Shown here: one piece after another, positions 34,964-43,216 of the stretch
Layout of the letters: every line of letters starts with the position of its first letter
Numbering within the stretch: position 1 is the stretch's first letter
Assembly (NCBI GenBank): GCA_049890075.1
Contig: JBMHCE010000033.1
Span: forward strand, 80,356-144,355
Origin: Chitinophagales bacterium
Lineage (GTDB): Bacteria > Bacteroidota > Bacteroidia > Chitinophagales > UBA8649
Reading direction: 5' to 3'
Length of the DNA: 64,000 nt
Made by a program: the position numbers and the translations under genes
The notes under the pieces: model-generated
Database searches by the model: none
What the model was told of the DNA's origin: nothing
The model's input: only the letters and a program-made list of their open reading frames with translations

Positions 34964-37417
34964 GTGTCTGATTCACCCAAAACAAAACAACAATCCTCCG
35001 TCCTGTACGATCGGTTCAATGTTGGGCTGCTGCTCTATGTTTTGAGGAAGTCTTTCAAATGGTTTTTTCTCTTCATGTTGTTGTCTTCAGGTGTTGCCCA
35101 TATTTTTCTCCACTTTTCTACCAGAATATACTCTTCTAAAGGAGTTCTAATTCATATCGCCGGAGAGGATAAACAGAGCCTTCTTGGTGTTGACAAATCA
35201 CTTCCGACACAAGATTTTACCCCAACTGATTTTCAACAAGATGTCCGGGTTATAACATCTCCTATTGTAGTTGATAACGCATTCAGCAACAAAGGACTGA
35301 ACTATGTTTTTTACGAAGTAGGTGATTTCCGCTCTCTAGAGATTTTTCCTAATCCATACTTTACGATAGACAGTTTTTATCAGCAACCCGCAATGCGCAG
35401 GGTCAACATTGACTACAACATTAATATCGATCAAAAGAAAGATAGTGTTCGGTTGGACTATGTCTATCAAGGAAAAAGCTGGGGGGGCTTCCTTAAACCA
35501 GGAAAGCCTTTTGCTGATGAAAACATCTACTTGGCTATATCAAACCTAGACCAATTGCTGTTAGAGGGGGGGGCAGAAAATCAAAAAAACATCTTGTTTA
35601 AGGTAAAAACCAACGAGGCGCTGGCCGATGAACTCATGGCCATCACACGAATAGAGCCCAACAAGGAAACGTTCGCCATTCAGGTTTCTGCGCGTCACCC
35701 AAGTAAGTCTAAGGCGGCCCTAACCGTTGATTTGTTAATGGAATCCTTTATGGATTTTCACCTTGACCAAAAAATGGAGAGCCTTGAGCAATCCATTGCA
35801 TTCCTTGACAAACAAATTGACTCTATCAAACCCCTTTACGACGATGCCCTGGTAGCCGTTAGAAACGCTGAGGCGCAAAAAGGGTATAGAAATATAGAAG
35901 CACTTGGTGGTGGATTATATGGCGATGTTAAGGCATTACAAAAGAAACTGGTTCGCCTTGAATATGTTACAAGTGTGCTTGAATGGTTTGTTGTTATGAT
36001 TGAGCAAGAGGAAAACATTAATCTTGCAAGCACCCAACTTTCTGGGGATGAGTTTGACGGCATTACAAGAACGCTCTCTGTTGATGAAATCTTAAAGCTA
36101 GAATCTGATAAAGAGGAGGCACTTATGCAAGTAACCCCTGAGCATCCTACTGTCGTGCTTATCGAAAGAAATCTCGACAAAGCCAGAGCAACACTAATCG
36201 CCCAGGTTCAAATAAATATCGATAAGTATAGGCAGGAAAAAGATGCGGTTATTGAAGAAATCAACAAACTATTAGAAGAGCTTGATTTGCTACCATTGTT
36301 TGAGGCTGAATATCTAAGGTTAAAAAGAGATTATGAGGTGAAGTCTTCCTTTTATAACAGCCTTCTTGATCGTAAAGCTTCATTTTCTTTATCAAGAGCA
36401 GGTATTGTCAGTGATTATATCGTTTTAGAAGAACCCAAGGTTTCTGAAAAACATGTAGCACCAAATGACAGTTTTATTCGTTTTGTTGGACTGGCTATTG
36501 GGGCCATTCTATCGCTTATATTGGTTGTGTTTCGCTACATAACTCACAAGGAAATCATAAACATTGAAGATGTTACCTCCCAGACAGACACTTCATTGCT
36601 CGGTGTAATTCAGCGGTACTCTGAACGACTACCCATGTCCTCTATTGTTGTCACCAATCGGCCAAAAAGTGGGATTTCTGAGTCATTCAGAGGAGTTCGC
36701 AGTAATCTCGAATTTCTTGAGGCAGAAGATGACTTTCGTTCTATTGCGGTAACGTCTACTATACCTGGTGAAGGAAAAACATTTGTTGCTATCAACCTTG
36801 CTGCAATTATTGCCATGCAGGGTAAGAAAGTCCTAATCGTAGATGTTGATTTAAGAAAACCTCGTATTCACAAGATTTTCGACCTCCCCAATGCTGCCGG
36901 CATGAGTACCTTGCTAAATAAACGATCATCAAAAGAGGATGTCACCTTTTCTACCTCCGAAGAAAATCTTTGGGCAATACCCGCTGGCCCAATTCCACCA
37001 AATCCTTCTGAATTGGTGGGTAGTGAGTCATTTGTTCGGTTCCTTGACGAGATAAAGACATCCTTTGACGTAGTTATTTTTGACACCCCTCCAATTGGTT
37101 TGGTAACTGACTCCATCCCTGTTATTAGTAAGGTTAATAATCCCATTTATGTGTTGAGGGCTGACTACTCACACCGAGCGTTTATAGGTCACATTGAGTC
37201 AACTAAAGAAAACCTGCAAGTACCGAACTTATCCATCATTATGAATGATTACGGAAGGGGCGTTTCAGGTTCTTACTATAATTATGGGTATGGCTATGGG
37301 TACGGTTATGGGTACGGATACGGGTATGGGTATGGATACGGGTACTACTCCGATCCGGACAAACGGGAGAAAAGAGAGCGTGGTGGATTCTTCTCAAGGT
37401 TTCGTAGGAAATCATAG
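34964..37417 (+). CDS. wzc: Polysaccharide co-polymerase / BY-kinase (Wzc-like tyrosine autokinase)
   Basis: 817 aa with a GTG start, two TM segments flanking a ~450-aa periplasmic coiled-coil domain, and Walker A TSTIPGEGKTFVAINLA. VLIVDVDLRKP and VIFDTPP are also present. The C-terminal Tyr cluster is SYYN(YG)10YY. Confidence 0.9.
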   Translation: MSDSPKTKQQSSVLYDRFNVGLLLYVLRKSFKWFFLFMLLSSGVAHIFLHFSTRIYSSKGVLIHIAGEDKQSLLGVDKSLPTQDFTPTDFQQDVRVITSPIVVDNAFSNKGLNYVFYEVGDFRSLEIFPNPYFTIDSFYQQPAMRRVNIDYNINIDQKKDSVRLDYVYQGKSWGGFLKPGKPFADENIYLAISNLDQLLLEGGAENQKNILFKVKTNEALADELMAITRIEPNKETFAIQVSARHPSKSKAALTVDLLMESFMDFHLDQKMESLEQSIAFLDKQIDSIKPLYDDALVAVRNAEAQKGYRNIEALGGGLYGDVKALQKKLVRLEYVTSVLEWFVVMIEQEENINLASTQLSGDEFDGITRTLSVDEILKLESDKEEALMQVTPEHPTVVLIERNLDKARATLIAQVQINIDKYRQEKDAVIEEINKLLEELDLLPLFEAEYLRLKRDYEVKSSFYNSLLDRKASFSLSRAGIVSDYIVLEEPKVSEKHVAPNDSFIRFVGLAIGAILSLILVVFRYITHKEIINIEDVTSQTDTSLLGVIQRYSERLPMSSIVVTNRPKSGISESFRGVRSNLEFLEAEDDFRSIAVTSTIPGEGKTFVAINLAAIIAMQGKKVLIVDVDLRKPRIHKIFDLPNAAGMSTLLNKRSSKEDVTFSTSEENLWAIPAGPIPPNPSELVGSESFVRFLDEIKTSFDVVIFDTPPIGLVTDSIPVISKVNNPIYVLRADYSHRAFIGHIESTKENLQVPNLSIIMNDYGRGVSGSYYNYGYGYGYGYGYGYGYGYGYGYYSDPDKREKRERGGFFSRFRRKS
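37283..37348 (+). repeat. Imperfect hexanucleotide (TAY-GGN)x10 + TACTAC tract encoding the (YG)10YY tail of Wzc
   Basis: Read directly: tat ggg tat ggc tat ggg tac ggt tat ggg tac gga tac ggg tat ggg tat gga tac ggg tac tac. Confidence 0.95.
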
Positions 37418-37437
37418 TTCTACTTAGATTTAACCTT

Positions 37438-38517
37438 ATGGAGCAGCAATTCTATTGGTTCGTTTTATTCGTAGCAATATTCCTTTTTGGGTACACGACG
37501 CATGCGTTGTTTCTTCGCTTCAGTAGGGGACTTGGTGTTCGGCAACCATCAGCTCTTGGACAAGAGCGCTGGAGTGCGGAGGTCAAACCATCTGTTGGCG
37601 GACTTACCTTTTTTATTTGCTTTAGTGTCTCCATAAGCCTTTTACCCATTGAGGGTATCAATATGCTTAGTGAGCTCAAACGAACTTCATTTACCGCTGC
37701 CTGCTGTCTAGGGTTTTTGTTAGGCTTGGCAGATGACACGTATGACACGGTTCCTATTGTGAAGTTTTTGGGTCAAGTTCTGTGTGGGACGATTTTGTGC
37801 TTGGGGGGTATTGTAATACAATTCAGCGGAAATGTGTTTGTCGATTATGCATTAACCACCTTCTGGGTTATTGCCATAATGAATTCCATCAATATGTTGG
37901 ATAATATGGATGCTATAACCACTTCTGTTTCCATATCTATTGTGCTTACTGCCATTGGAATGGCCCTTCTTATTGTCTCACCTAGCCTTTGGGTCTATCC
38001 ATGTATTATTGGCGTCTTAGCAAGCCTTATTGCCTTTTTACCCTATAATTGGAACCCTGCTAAAATCTATATGGGCGATACGGGCTCCCAATTCCTTGGT
38101 GTCTTCTTGGCTGGCTTGGGTGTTGAGTTATTTTGGAACCACCGAGTTGATTATGGAGGAATCGTTCAAGTACAACAGTTTATGATTCCTATTCTTGTGT
38201 TTGCTGTACCTATAATGGATACAATAACGGTGTTCGTAAGACGCCTTCTGCGCAGGACATCACCTTTTGTTGGGGGTAGAGACCATTTGGCTCACCACTT
38301 GGTTTATTGTGGGTTTTCAGAGCAACAAGTCGCTATAATCCTGTTTTTCCTTTCCATTGTGTTTGGAGTCCTTTCCCTTAGTTTTTTCTTCGAGCAATAC
38401 CCATTTAACCTGTCTCTTATAGGATGGTCTCTTGTACTGCTAAACATATTCTTAGTTGTCTTCTTTGTTTTACAGCTTTACTATAACCGAGGGGCTGAAA
38501 AAAAGGGTCAACCCTAA
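37438..38517 (+). CDS. Polyprenyl-phosphate N-acetylhexosamine-1-phosphate transferase (MraY/WecA family, Glycos_transf_4), initiating enzyme
   Basis: 359 aa with about 10-11 TM segments. Motifs are GLADDTYD, NSINMLDNMDAI (equivalent to the NxxNxxDGxDG loop) and YMGDTGSQFLG. Confidence 0.8.
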   Translation: MEQQFYWFVLFVAIFLFGYTTHALFLRFSRGLGVRQPSALGQERWSAEVKPSVGGLTFFICFSVSISLLPIEGINMLSELKRTSFTAACCLGFLLGLADDTYDTVPIVKFLGQVLCGTILCLGGIVIQFSGNVFVDYALTTFWVIAIMNSINMLDNMDAITTSVSISIVLTAIGMALLIVSPSLWVYPCIIGVLASLIAFLPYNWNPAKIYMGDTGSQFLGVFLAGLGVELFWNHRVDYGGIVQVQQFMIPILVFAVPIMDTITVFVRRLLRRTSPFVGGRDHLAHHLVYCGFSEQQVAIILFFLSIVFGVLSLSFFFEQYPFNLSLIGWSLVLLNIFLVVFFVLQLYYNRGAEKKGQP

Positions 38518-38540
38518 ATCCAGAACACAAATTTGTTGAC

Positions 38541-38891
38541 TTGGCTAAATTGTTAATCATTTTTTGTTGCACAGGATTCGGAGGAATTTTTCGGTACCTG
38601 TTCTCTTTTGTCCCCTATGTTAAATCTGGAGATCACGGGGTTCTGGTGTCCAATATCGTAGCTTGTGCTATTATGGGCTGTCTCTTGGCAATTCCTGTAA
38701 ACAACCCCATTATCAGAATTGGTATAGCTAGTTTTTGTGGCGGTCTCTCTACATTTAGCGGATATATTGCCTTTTCATGTTTGTCCGCCCCAAGTACAAG
38801 CCAATCCTTATTCTATCATCTTGCAAGCATCGGAATGGGCCTGGTCTTTTTTATGGGAAGTTACTATAGCTGTAAATCGCTCTTCGCTTAG
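38541..38891 (+). CDS. crcB: Fluoride ion channel CrcB/FluC
   Basis: 116 aa with a TTG start and 4 TM segments. It has GFGGIFRY near the N-terminus and SFCGGLSTFSGY. Confidence 0.85.
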   Translation: MAKLLIIFCCTGFGGIFRYLFSFVPYVKSGDHGVLVSNIVACAIMGCLLAIPVNNPIIRIGIASFCGGLSTFSGYIAFSCLSAPSTSQSLFYHLASIGMGLVFFMGSYYSCKSLFA

Positions 38892-38916
38892 ACTTATTTG
38901 GTATATTTGCCCGTCT

Positions 38917-39000
38917 GCCCGGGTGCTGAAACTGGTAGACAGGCATGGTTGAGGGCCATGTGTTCGTATGAACGTGCGGGTTCGAGTCCCGCCCCGGGCA
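38917..39000 (+). tRNA. tRNA-Leu (anticodon GAG), class II with long variable arm
   Basis: Folded by hand. The acceptor is GCCCGGG/CCCGGGC with discriminator A. The D stem is CTG/CAG. The anticodon stem CATGG/CCATG carries the loop TT-GAG-GG. The 15-nt variable arm has GTTC/GAAC. The T arm is GCGGG-TTCGAGT-CCCGC. No CCA is encoded. Confidence 0.93.
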
Positions 39001-39019
39001 CTTTCTTAACACTTTTCAG

Positions 39020-39574
39020 TTAAGAATAAACTACCGTTTTTTTCGAGAGCTTATCTATTTCTAGCAGCGTTCTATTTAACAACCATCTTGTGTGTTTAGA
39101 GGACTTTTCATTATCATGAAAGACAAGAACACACCTTTTCCTTTTAAGCGCGCCTTCTATCCTTCTCCACAAAGTATACTGAGCTTTAGAATGATCAAAA
39201 TCATAACTCATTAACGTCCACATCTTAATACTTAGCTTACCATAGCAATACAATAATTGCGTTAAGGTCAATCGACCATATGGCGGGCGATAATATTTTT
39301 CTATAGCTGGAAATCGCTCTTCTACGCGCTTGATGTTTTCTCGTTGTTTTTTAGGACTTGACGTCCAATTGTTTAAGTGGCTATATCCATGATTAGCCAC
39401 TTGATAATTACGTAAAGATTTTGCCTGAGCAGGATACTTTTCCATTTGCTCTCCTAAAACAAAGAAGGTAGCCTGTGCCTTATGAGCTTCTAATATCTCT
39501 ACCAGACGCTCAGTATATAGGCCATTGGGGCCGTCGTCAATTGTGATATGCACTGGGTTTTTTTCTCTATTCAT
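39020..39574 (-). CDS. Polysaccharide deacetylase (CE4 / NodB homology domain), no signal peptide
   Basis: Start placed at the internal Met (MNREKNPVHITIDDGPNGLYTERLVEILEAHKAQATFFVLG). NHGYSH is also present. The longer ORF reaching 39631 would overlap gltX. Confidence 0.8.
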   Translation of the reverse strand: MNREKNPVHITIDDGPNGLYTERLVEILEAHKAQATFFVLGEQMEKYPAQAKSLRNYQVANHGYSHLNNWTSSPKKQRENIKRVEERFPAIEKYYRPPYGRLTLTQLLYCYGKLSIKMWTLMSYDFDHSKAQYTLWRRIEGALKRKRCVLVFHDNEKSSKHTRWLLNRTLLEIDKLSKKTVVYS

Positions 39575-39640
39575 GTCATAACGAATATAATTTAAGCTGC
39601 AATTTTGCTTGTTTGGCCTTAGTATATGCATCTTTGGTCT

Positions 39641-41173
39641 ATGGCAACTAGAACTCGATTCGCTCCAAGCCCAACAGGTCCATTACATATTGGTGGTCTA
39701 CGTACGGCACTCTTTTGTTATTTACATGCAAAAAACAATAAAGGAGATTTTATCCTTCGTATTGAGGATACCGATCAAAAACGATTTGTTCCCGGTGCGG
39801 AAGAGTATATTTTAAAAAGCCTATCCTGGTGTGGGATAACACCCGATGAAGGTCCTGCTTTTGGGGGCGAATTTGGTCCTTACCGCCAAAGTGAACGCAG
39901 TGCTCTGTATAAGCCTTATATAGAACAACTCCTCCGTGATGGACATGCCTATTATGCTTTCGACACAAGCGAAGAATTAACCGCTTGGAGGGAAACCATG
40001 CAAAAACAAGGAAATACCTCACCGAAATACAGCGCAACCACCAGAGCATACTTAAAAAATAGCCTAAGCTTATCGACACAAGAAGTGGAGGAGCGTATTG
40101 GACGTGGTGATGATTATGTTGTGCGGTTTAAAACTCCTGTTGCTGGTGAAGTTCGATTTTATGATGAGATTAGAGGATGGATCGTTTTTCAATGCCATGA
40201 ACTTGATGATAAAGTACTAATGAAAAGCGATGGGCTTCCAACCTATCACTTAGCTAATGTCGTAGACGATTATCTTATGGAGATTACCGATGTAATACGC
40301 GGTGAGGAGTGGCTTCCTTCTACACCACTTCATGTTCAGCTGTATCAAGCACTTGGATGGGATATGCCAAAGTTTGCTCACCTGCCGCTTATTTTAAAAC
40401 CCGACGGTAAAGGTAAACTCAGTAAACGCGACGGCGACAGACTAGGATTTCCCGTTTTTCCCATTGACTGGTATAATCCAAGTAATCCAGGAGAACTGAT
40501 TGCCGGTGGTTATAAAGAAAGAGGTTTCGAAGCCTCAGCCATTTTAAATTTCTTAGCCTTACTTGGTTGGAATCCCGGAAACAATCAAGAAATCTTTTCC
40601 CTTGAAGACCTTATCAAAAACTTTTCTTTAGAAAGAGTTAATAAGTCAGGTGCCAAATTTGATTACCAAAAAGCTTGCTGGTTCAATAGTGAATACCTTA
40701 AAGCCTATTCCGACAAAGAAAAGCAAGAAACCATTCTTCAAATCTTTCCCAATGCAAAAAATCGAGAAGTACAAGATTTAGAATTGGTGTTTAATCTTGC
40801 TTCTGAACGCATACAATTCAAGCATGAGATAAAAGAAACCGTAGCCTATCTATTTGAGAAGCCACAACCCTTAGAAGGTAAAGGGGTAAAGAAGGCCTGG
40901 AAAGAAGAAAAAGTGGCTCACCTAGAACAATGCATACAAACAATTCAGGAAGCTAACACCGACTTTAGTCCATCCGCGCTAGAAACAATCATTAAGCAGT
41001 ATATCGAAGAGAAATCAATATCCTTTGGACAGATTCTCCCTCCGCTGAGATTAAGCCTCACAGGAACGTTACAAGGTCCCTCGATTTTTGAGATTATGAG
41101 TTTTCTTGGACTACCAGAATGTTTAGAACGTATTGAGTTGGCTAAAACTACCTATAAAACCGAAGAGATTTAA
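39641..41173 (+). CDS. gltX: Glutamate--tRNA ligase
   Basis: Start at MATRTRFAPSPTGPLHIGGLRTALF (HIGH motif). The KMSKS-type motif is KLSKRD. Confidence 0.96.
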   Translation: MATRTRFAPSPTGPLHIGGLRTALFCYLHAKNNKGDFILRIEDTDQKRFVPGAEEYILKSLSWCGITPDEGPAFGGEFGPYRQSERSALYKPYIEQLLRDGHAYYAFDTSEELTAWRETMQKQGNTSPKYSATTRAYLKNSLSLSTQEVEERIGRGDDYVVRFKTPVAGEVRFYDEIRGWIVFQCHELDDKVLMKSDGLPTYHLANVVDDYLMEITDVIRGEEWLPSTPLHVQLYQALGWDMPKFAHLPLILKPDGKGKLSKRDGDRLGFPVFPIDWYNPSNPGELIAGGYKERGFEASAILNFLALLGWNPGNNQEIFSLEDLIKNFSLERVNKSGAKFDYQKACWFNSEYLKAYSDKEKQETILQIFPNAKNREVQDLELVFNLASERIQFKHEIKETVAYLFEKPQPLEGKGVKKAWKEEKVAHLEQCIQTIQEANTDFSPSALETIIKQYIEEKSISFGQILPPLRLSLTGTLQGPSIFEIMSFLGLPECLERIELAKTTYKTEEI

Positions 41174-41175
41174 TT

Positions 41176-41772
41176 ATGAGGGTTGGACTATTTTTTGGAA
41201 GCTTTAATCCCATTCATATAGGACATCTTCTTATTGCTAACGAAGCACTACATACCGAATTAATTGATCAGGTATGGCTTTGTCCTACTCCTCAAAATCC
41301 TCATAAACAAAAAGCGTCTTTACTCGATTATCAAAAAAGACTCGACCTATGCCATTTAGCTATAAATAATACATCGAGGGTTGTTGTCAATGATTTTGAG
41401 CGCTTTTTGGAAAGACCTAGCTATACGGCAAATTCAATGCGCTATCTAATTTCAAAATATAGCACCTATGCCTTTAGTATAATCGTAGGAGAGGATAATT
41501 ATAGGACGCTTCATAAATGGCATGACGCCAACTGGTTAATGGAAACCTTTCCTTTTCTAGTATATAGCCGTTTAGGCCTAGAAGAGGAAAAGCACCTTTC
41601 CGATAAAGAGGTCTTTCATACAACACATCAATTCTTTGGTTGTGATTTACTGGATATATCCTCAAGTTCGATTCGGCAACGCATCAGAGAAGGCAAAAGC
41701 ATTGAATACCTTACACCCCCTGCTGTGGTAGAGGAAATTACATTATCTAAACTGTATCAGAACAATGATTAA
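41176..41772 (+). CDS. nadD: Nicotinate-nucleotide adenylyltransferase
   Basis: 198 aa with GLFFGSFNPIHIGHL (H/TxGH) and a C-terminal ISSSSIR. Confidence 0.9.
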   Translation: MRVGLFFGSFNPIHIGHLLIANEALHTELIDQVWLCPTPQNPHKQKASLLDYQKRLDLCHLAINNTSRVVVNDFERFLERPSYTANSMRYLISKYSTYAFSIIVGEDNYRTLHKWHDANWLMETFPFLVYSRLGLEEEKHLSDKEVFHTTHQFFGCDLLDISSSSIRQRIREGKSIEYLTPPAVVEEITLSKLYQNND

Positions 41773-42643
41773 TTCAACCAATCTTATTGTTAATAGCGAT
41801 GGATCCATATTCCACCTCGGAGTAAAGCCAGAGGAAATAGCATCTAGTATAATTTTAGTTGGCGATCCAGGCAGAGTAGAACTGATCGCGTCATTTTTTG
41901 ACCATATCGAGTACAAGAGACAGAATAGGGAATTTGTCATGGCTACAGGTATGTATAAGGGTTGTCGGCTATCGGTTATGGCTACAGGGATTGGGACTGA
42001 TAATATCGATATCGTGTTAAATGAAATTGATGCATTAGCTAACGTAGACTTTAATGCTAAAGAGATCAAGCCATCCCTTACCAAACTAAATCTACTTCGC
42101 CTCGGAACTTGTGGTAGCTTTCAAAACGATGTAAAACCAGGAGACTTAGTTATATCTAAAAAAGCTTTTGGCCAAGACAGTCTAATGCTTTACTATCATG
42201 AATTTTTGAAAGGTTCAGTTGAAAACAATAAAGAACTACAAACCGTACAAGATTATTTTTATAAAAACCAATTAGGACCCGTACAATATATTGCTAGTTC
42301 CAGTGATTACCTCTTAAATCACTTTGCATCTCTTGGTCATTGCGGGATTACCTTAACAGCATCTGGATTTTACGGACCTCAAGGAAGAGAACTTAGAACA
42401 AATCATTTAAGTGGATGGCATACAGGGTCAATTGCAGACTACCGTAGTGTAGAAGGAGACACCATTTGCAATCTTGAAATGGAATGTAGTGCACTATATG
42501 GTTTAGGCGGACTACTAGGGCACGAATGTTTAACTATATGTCTTGCCATTGCACAGCGATCAACTAAAGAAGTACTTGTTGATTACAAGGCAAAAATGAA
42601 AGAAATTATACCTCAAGTATTAGATCGATTTATTGAGTGTTAA
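41765..42643 (+). CDS. Nucleoside phosphorylase family protein (PNP_UDP_1; uridine/purine nucleoside phosphorylase-like)
   Basis: 292 aa with VGDPGRVE, MATGIGTDNIDIVLNE and NLEMECSALY. Confidence 0.75.
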   Translation: MINSTNLIVNSDGSIFHLGVKPEEIASSIILVGDPGRVELIASFFDHIEYKRQNREFVMATGMYKGCRLSVMATGIGTDNIDIVLNEIDALANVDFNAKEIKPSLTKLNLLRLGTCGSFQNDVKPGDLVISKKAFGQDSLMLYYHEFLKGSVENNKELQTVQDYFYKNQLGPVQYIASSSDYLLNHFASLGHCGITLTASGFYGPQGRELRTNHLSGWHTGSIADYRSVEGDTICNLEMECSALYGLGGLLGHECLTICLAIAQRSTKEVLVDYKAKMKEIIPQVLDRFIEC

Positions 42644-43216
42644 TAGGATTTCTTGCCAAATCGTATCATAATGATCTCTTTGATCTTGCATATAACGTAA
42701 TCCTTCTGTATCCCCTGTTCCATGGTCATTTTGTATAAAATGAAGAATCACCTCCTCATGAGCAGCAAGCCAATTGTTGTGGCAATCATGTATTGATTGA
42801 AAGGCTGATATTATAGCCGGTCTCATCACTTCCTTCTCTGTATATCTCTTTTTATTCTTGTAAAAAGCGTCTATCCATATAAGATATTGACTACTCTGCA
42901 TTCCAGATATACCTGTCAATGACGGTCTAAAACCTAGAAAGTCTTCTCTTTTCAAGTATTCTAAGAGCTTTAACGCACCTATATTTAACTTCCAACAAGC
43001 AAGTATTCGCTGTAATCGATCAATCTTTTCCTCCTCACTATCAATACTCAGCCTGGAATCCAGCTCGTTTACATCAGCTAAAATTTGCGCAAAGTTAATC
43101 TCATGAATGTGATGAACTCTGATAAAAAAAGATTCTTCAAGAGCGTATTTAGAATCTGCCTGCGGCTTATTACAATCTAAAAGCTTGCGTAACGAAATGT
43201 ACTCGTCATAAATCAT
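42620..43216 (-). CDS. Tryptophan 2,3-dioxygenase family protein, unusually short
   Basis: 198 aa. YDEYISLRKLLDCNKP...EESFFIRVHHIHEINF parallels the TDO Y..YL.LD.LL..Q...HDE.LFI..HQ.SELW. FLGFRPSLTGISGMQSSQY parallels F..FR..L...SGFQS.Q. WLAAHEEV...HGTGDTEGLRYM parallels the proximal-His/GTGGSSG..YL region. Confidence 0.55.
   Translation of the reverse strand: MIYDEYISLRKLLDCNKPQADSKYALEESFFIRVHHIHEINFAQILADVNELDSRLSIDSEEEKIDRLQRILACWKLNIGALKLLEYLKREDFLGFRPSLTGISGMQSSQYLIWIDAFYKNKKRYTEKEVMRPAIISAFQSIHDCHNNWLAAHEEVILHFIQNDHGTGDTEGLRYMQDQRDHYDTIWQEILLTLNKSI

Noticed and set aside
37283-37348. Short tandem repeat, considered as a possible CRISPR-like or phase-variable microsatellite.
   Set aside because: The unit is 6 nt with no spacers, it is in frame inside wzc, and its synonymous positions vary. 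It is a coding Tyr-Gly repeat, not a CRISPR array or a clean slippage tract.
37245-37427. 60-aa plus-strand ORF with a GMAMGTVMGTDTGMGMDTG repeat.
   Set aside because: It is the +1 frame of the (YG)10 coding repeat of wzc and is an artefact of that repeat.
38518-38540. Looked for a fluoride (crcB-motif) riboswitch upstream of crcB.
   Set aside because: Only 23 nt separate the upstream stop from the crcB start, too short for the ~50-60-nt aptamer, and no aptamer-like pairing was seen.
39005-39024. Hairpin CTTAAC-N8-GTTAAG between the tRNA and the convergent deacetylase gene, considered as a bidirectional terminator.
   Set aside because: It has only a 6-bp AT-rich stem with no flanking U-tract, and it overlaps the deacetylase stop codon. 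This is too weak to call.
38892-39631. Looked for an integrase, att-like repeat or mobile-element remnant next to tRNA-Leu.
   Set aside because: The adjacent gene is a CE4 deacetylase. I found no recombinase motifs or obvious duplication of the tRNA 3' end by eye. A computational repeat search is still needed.
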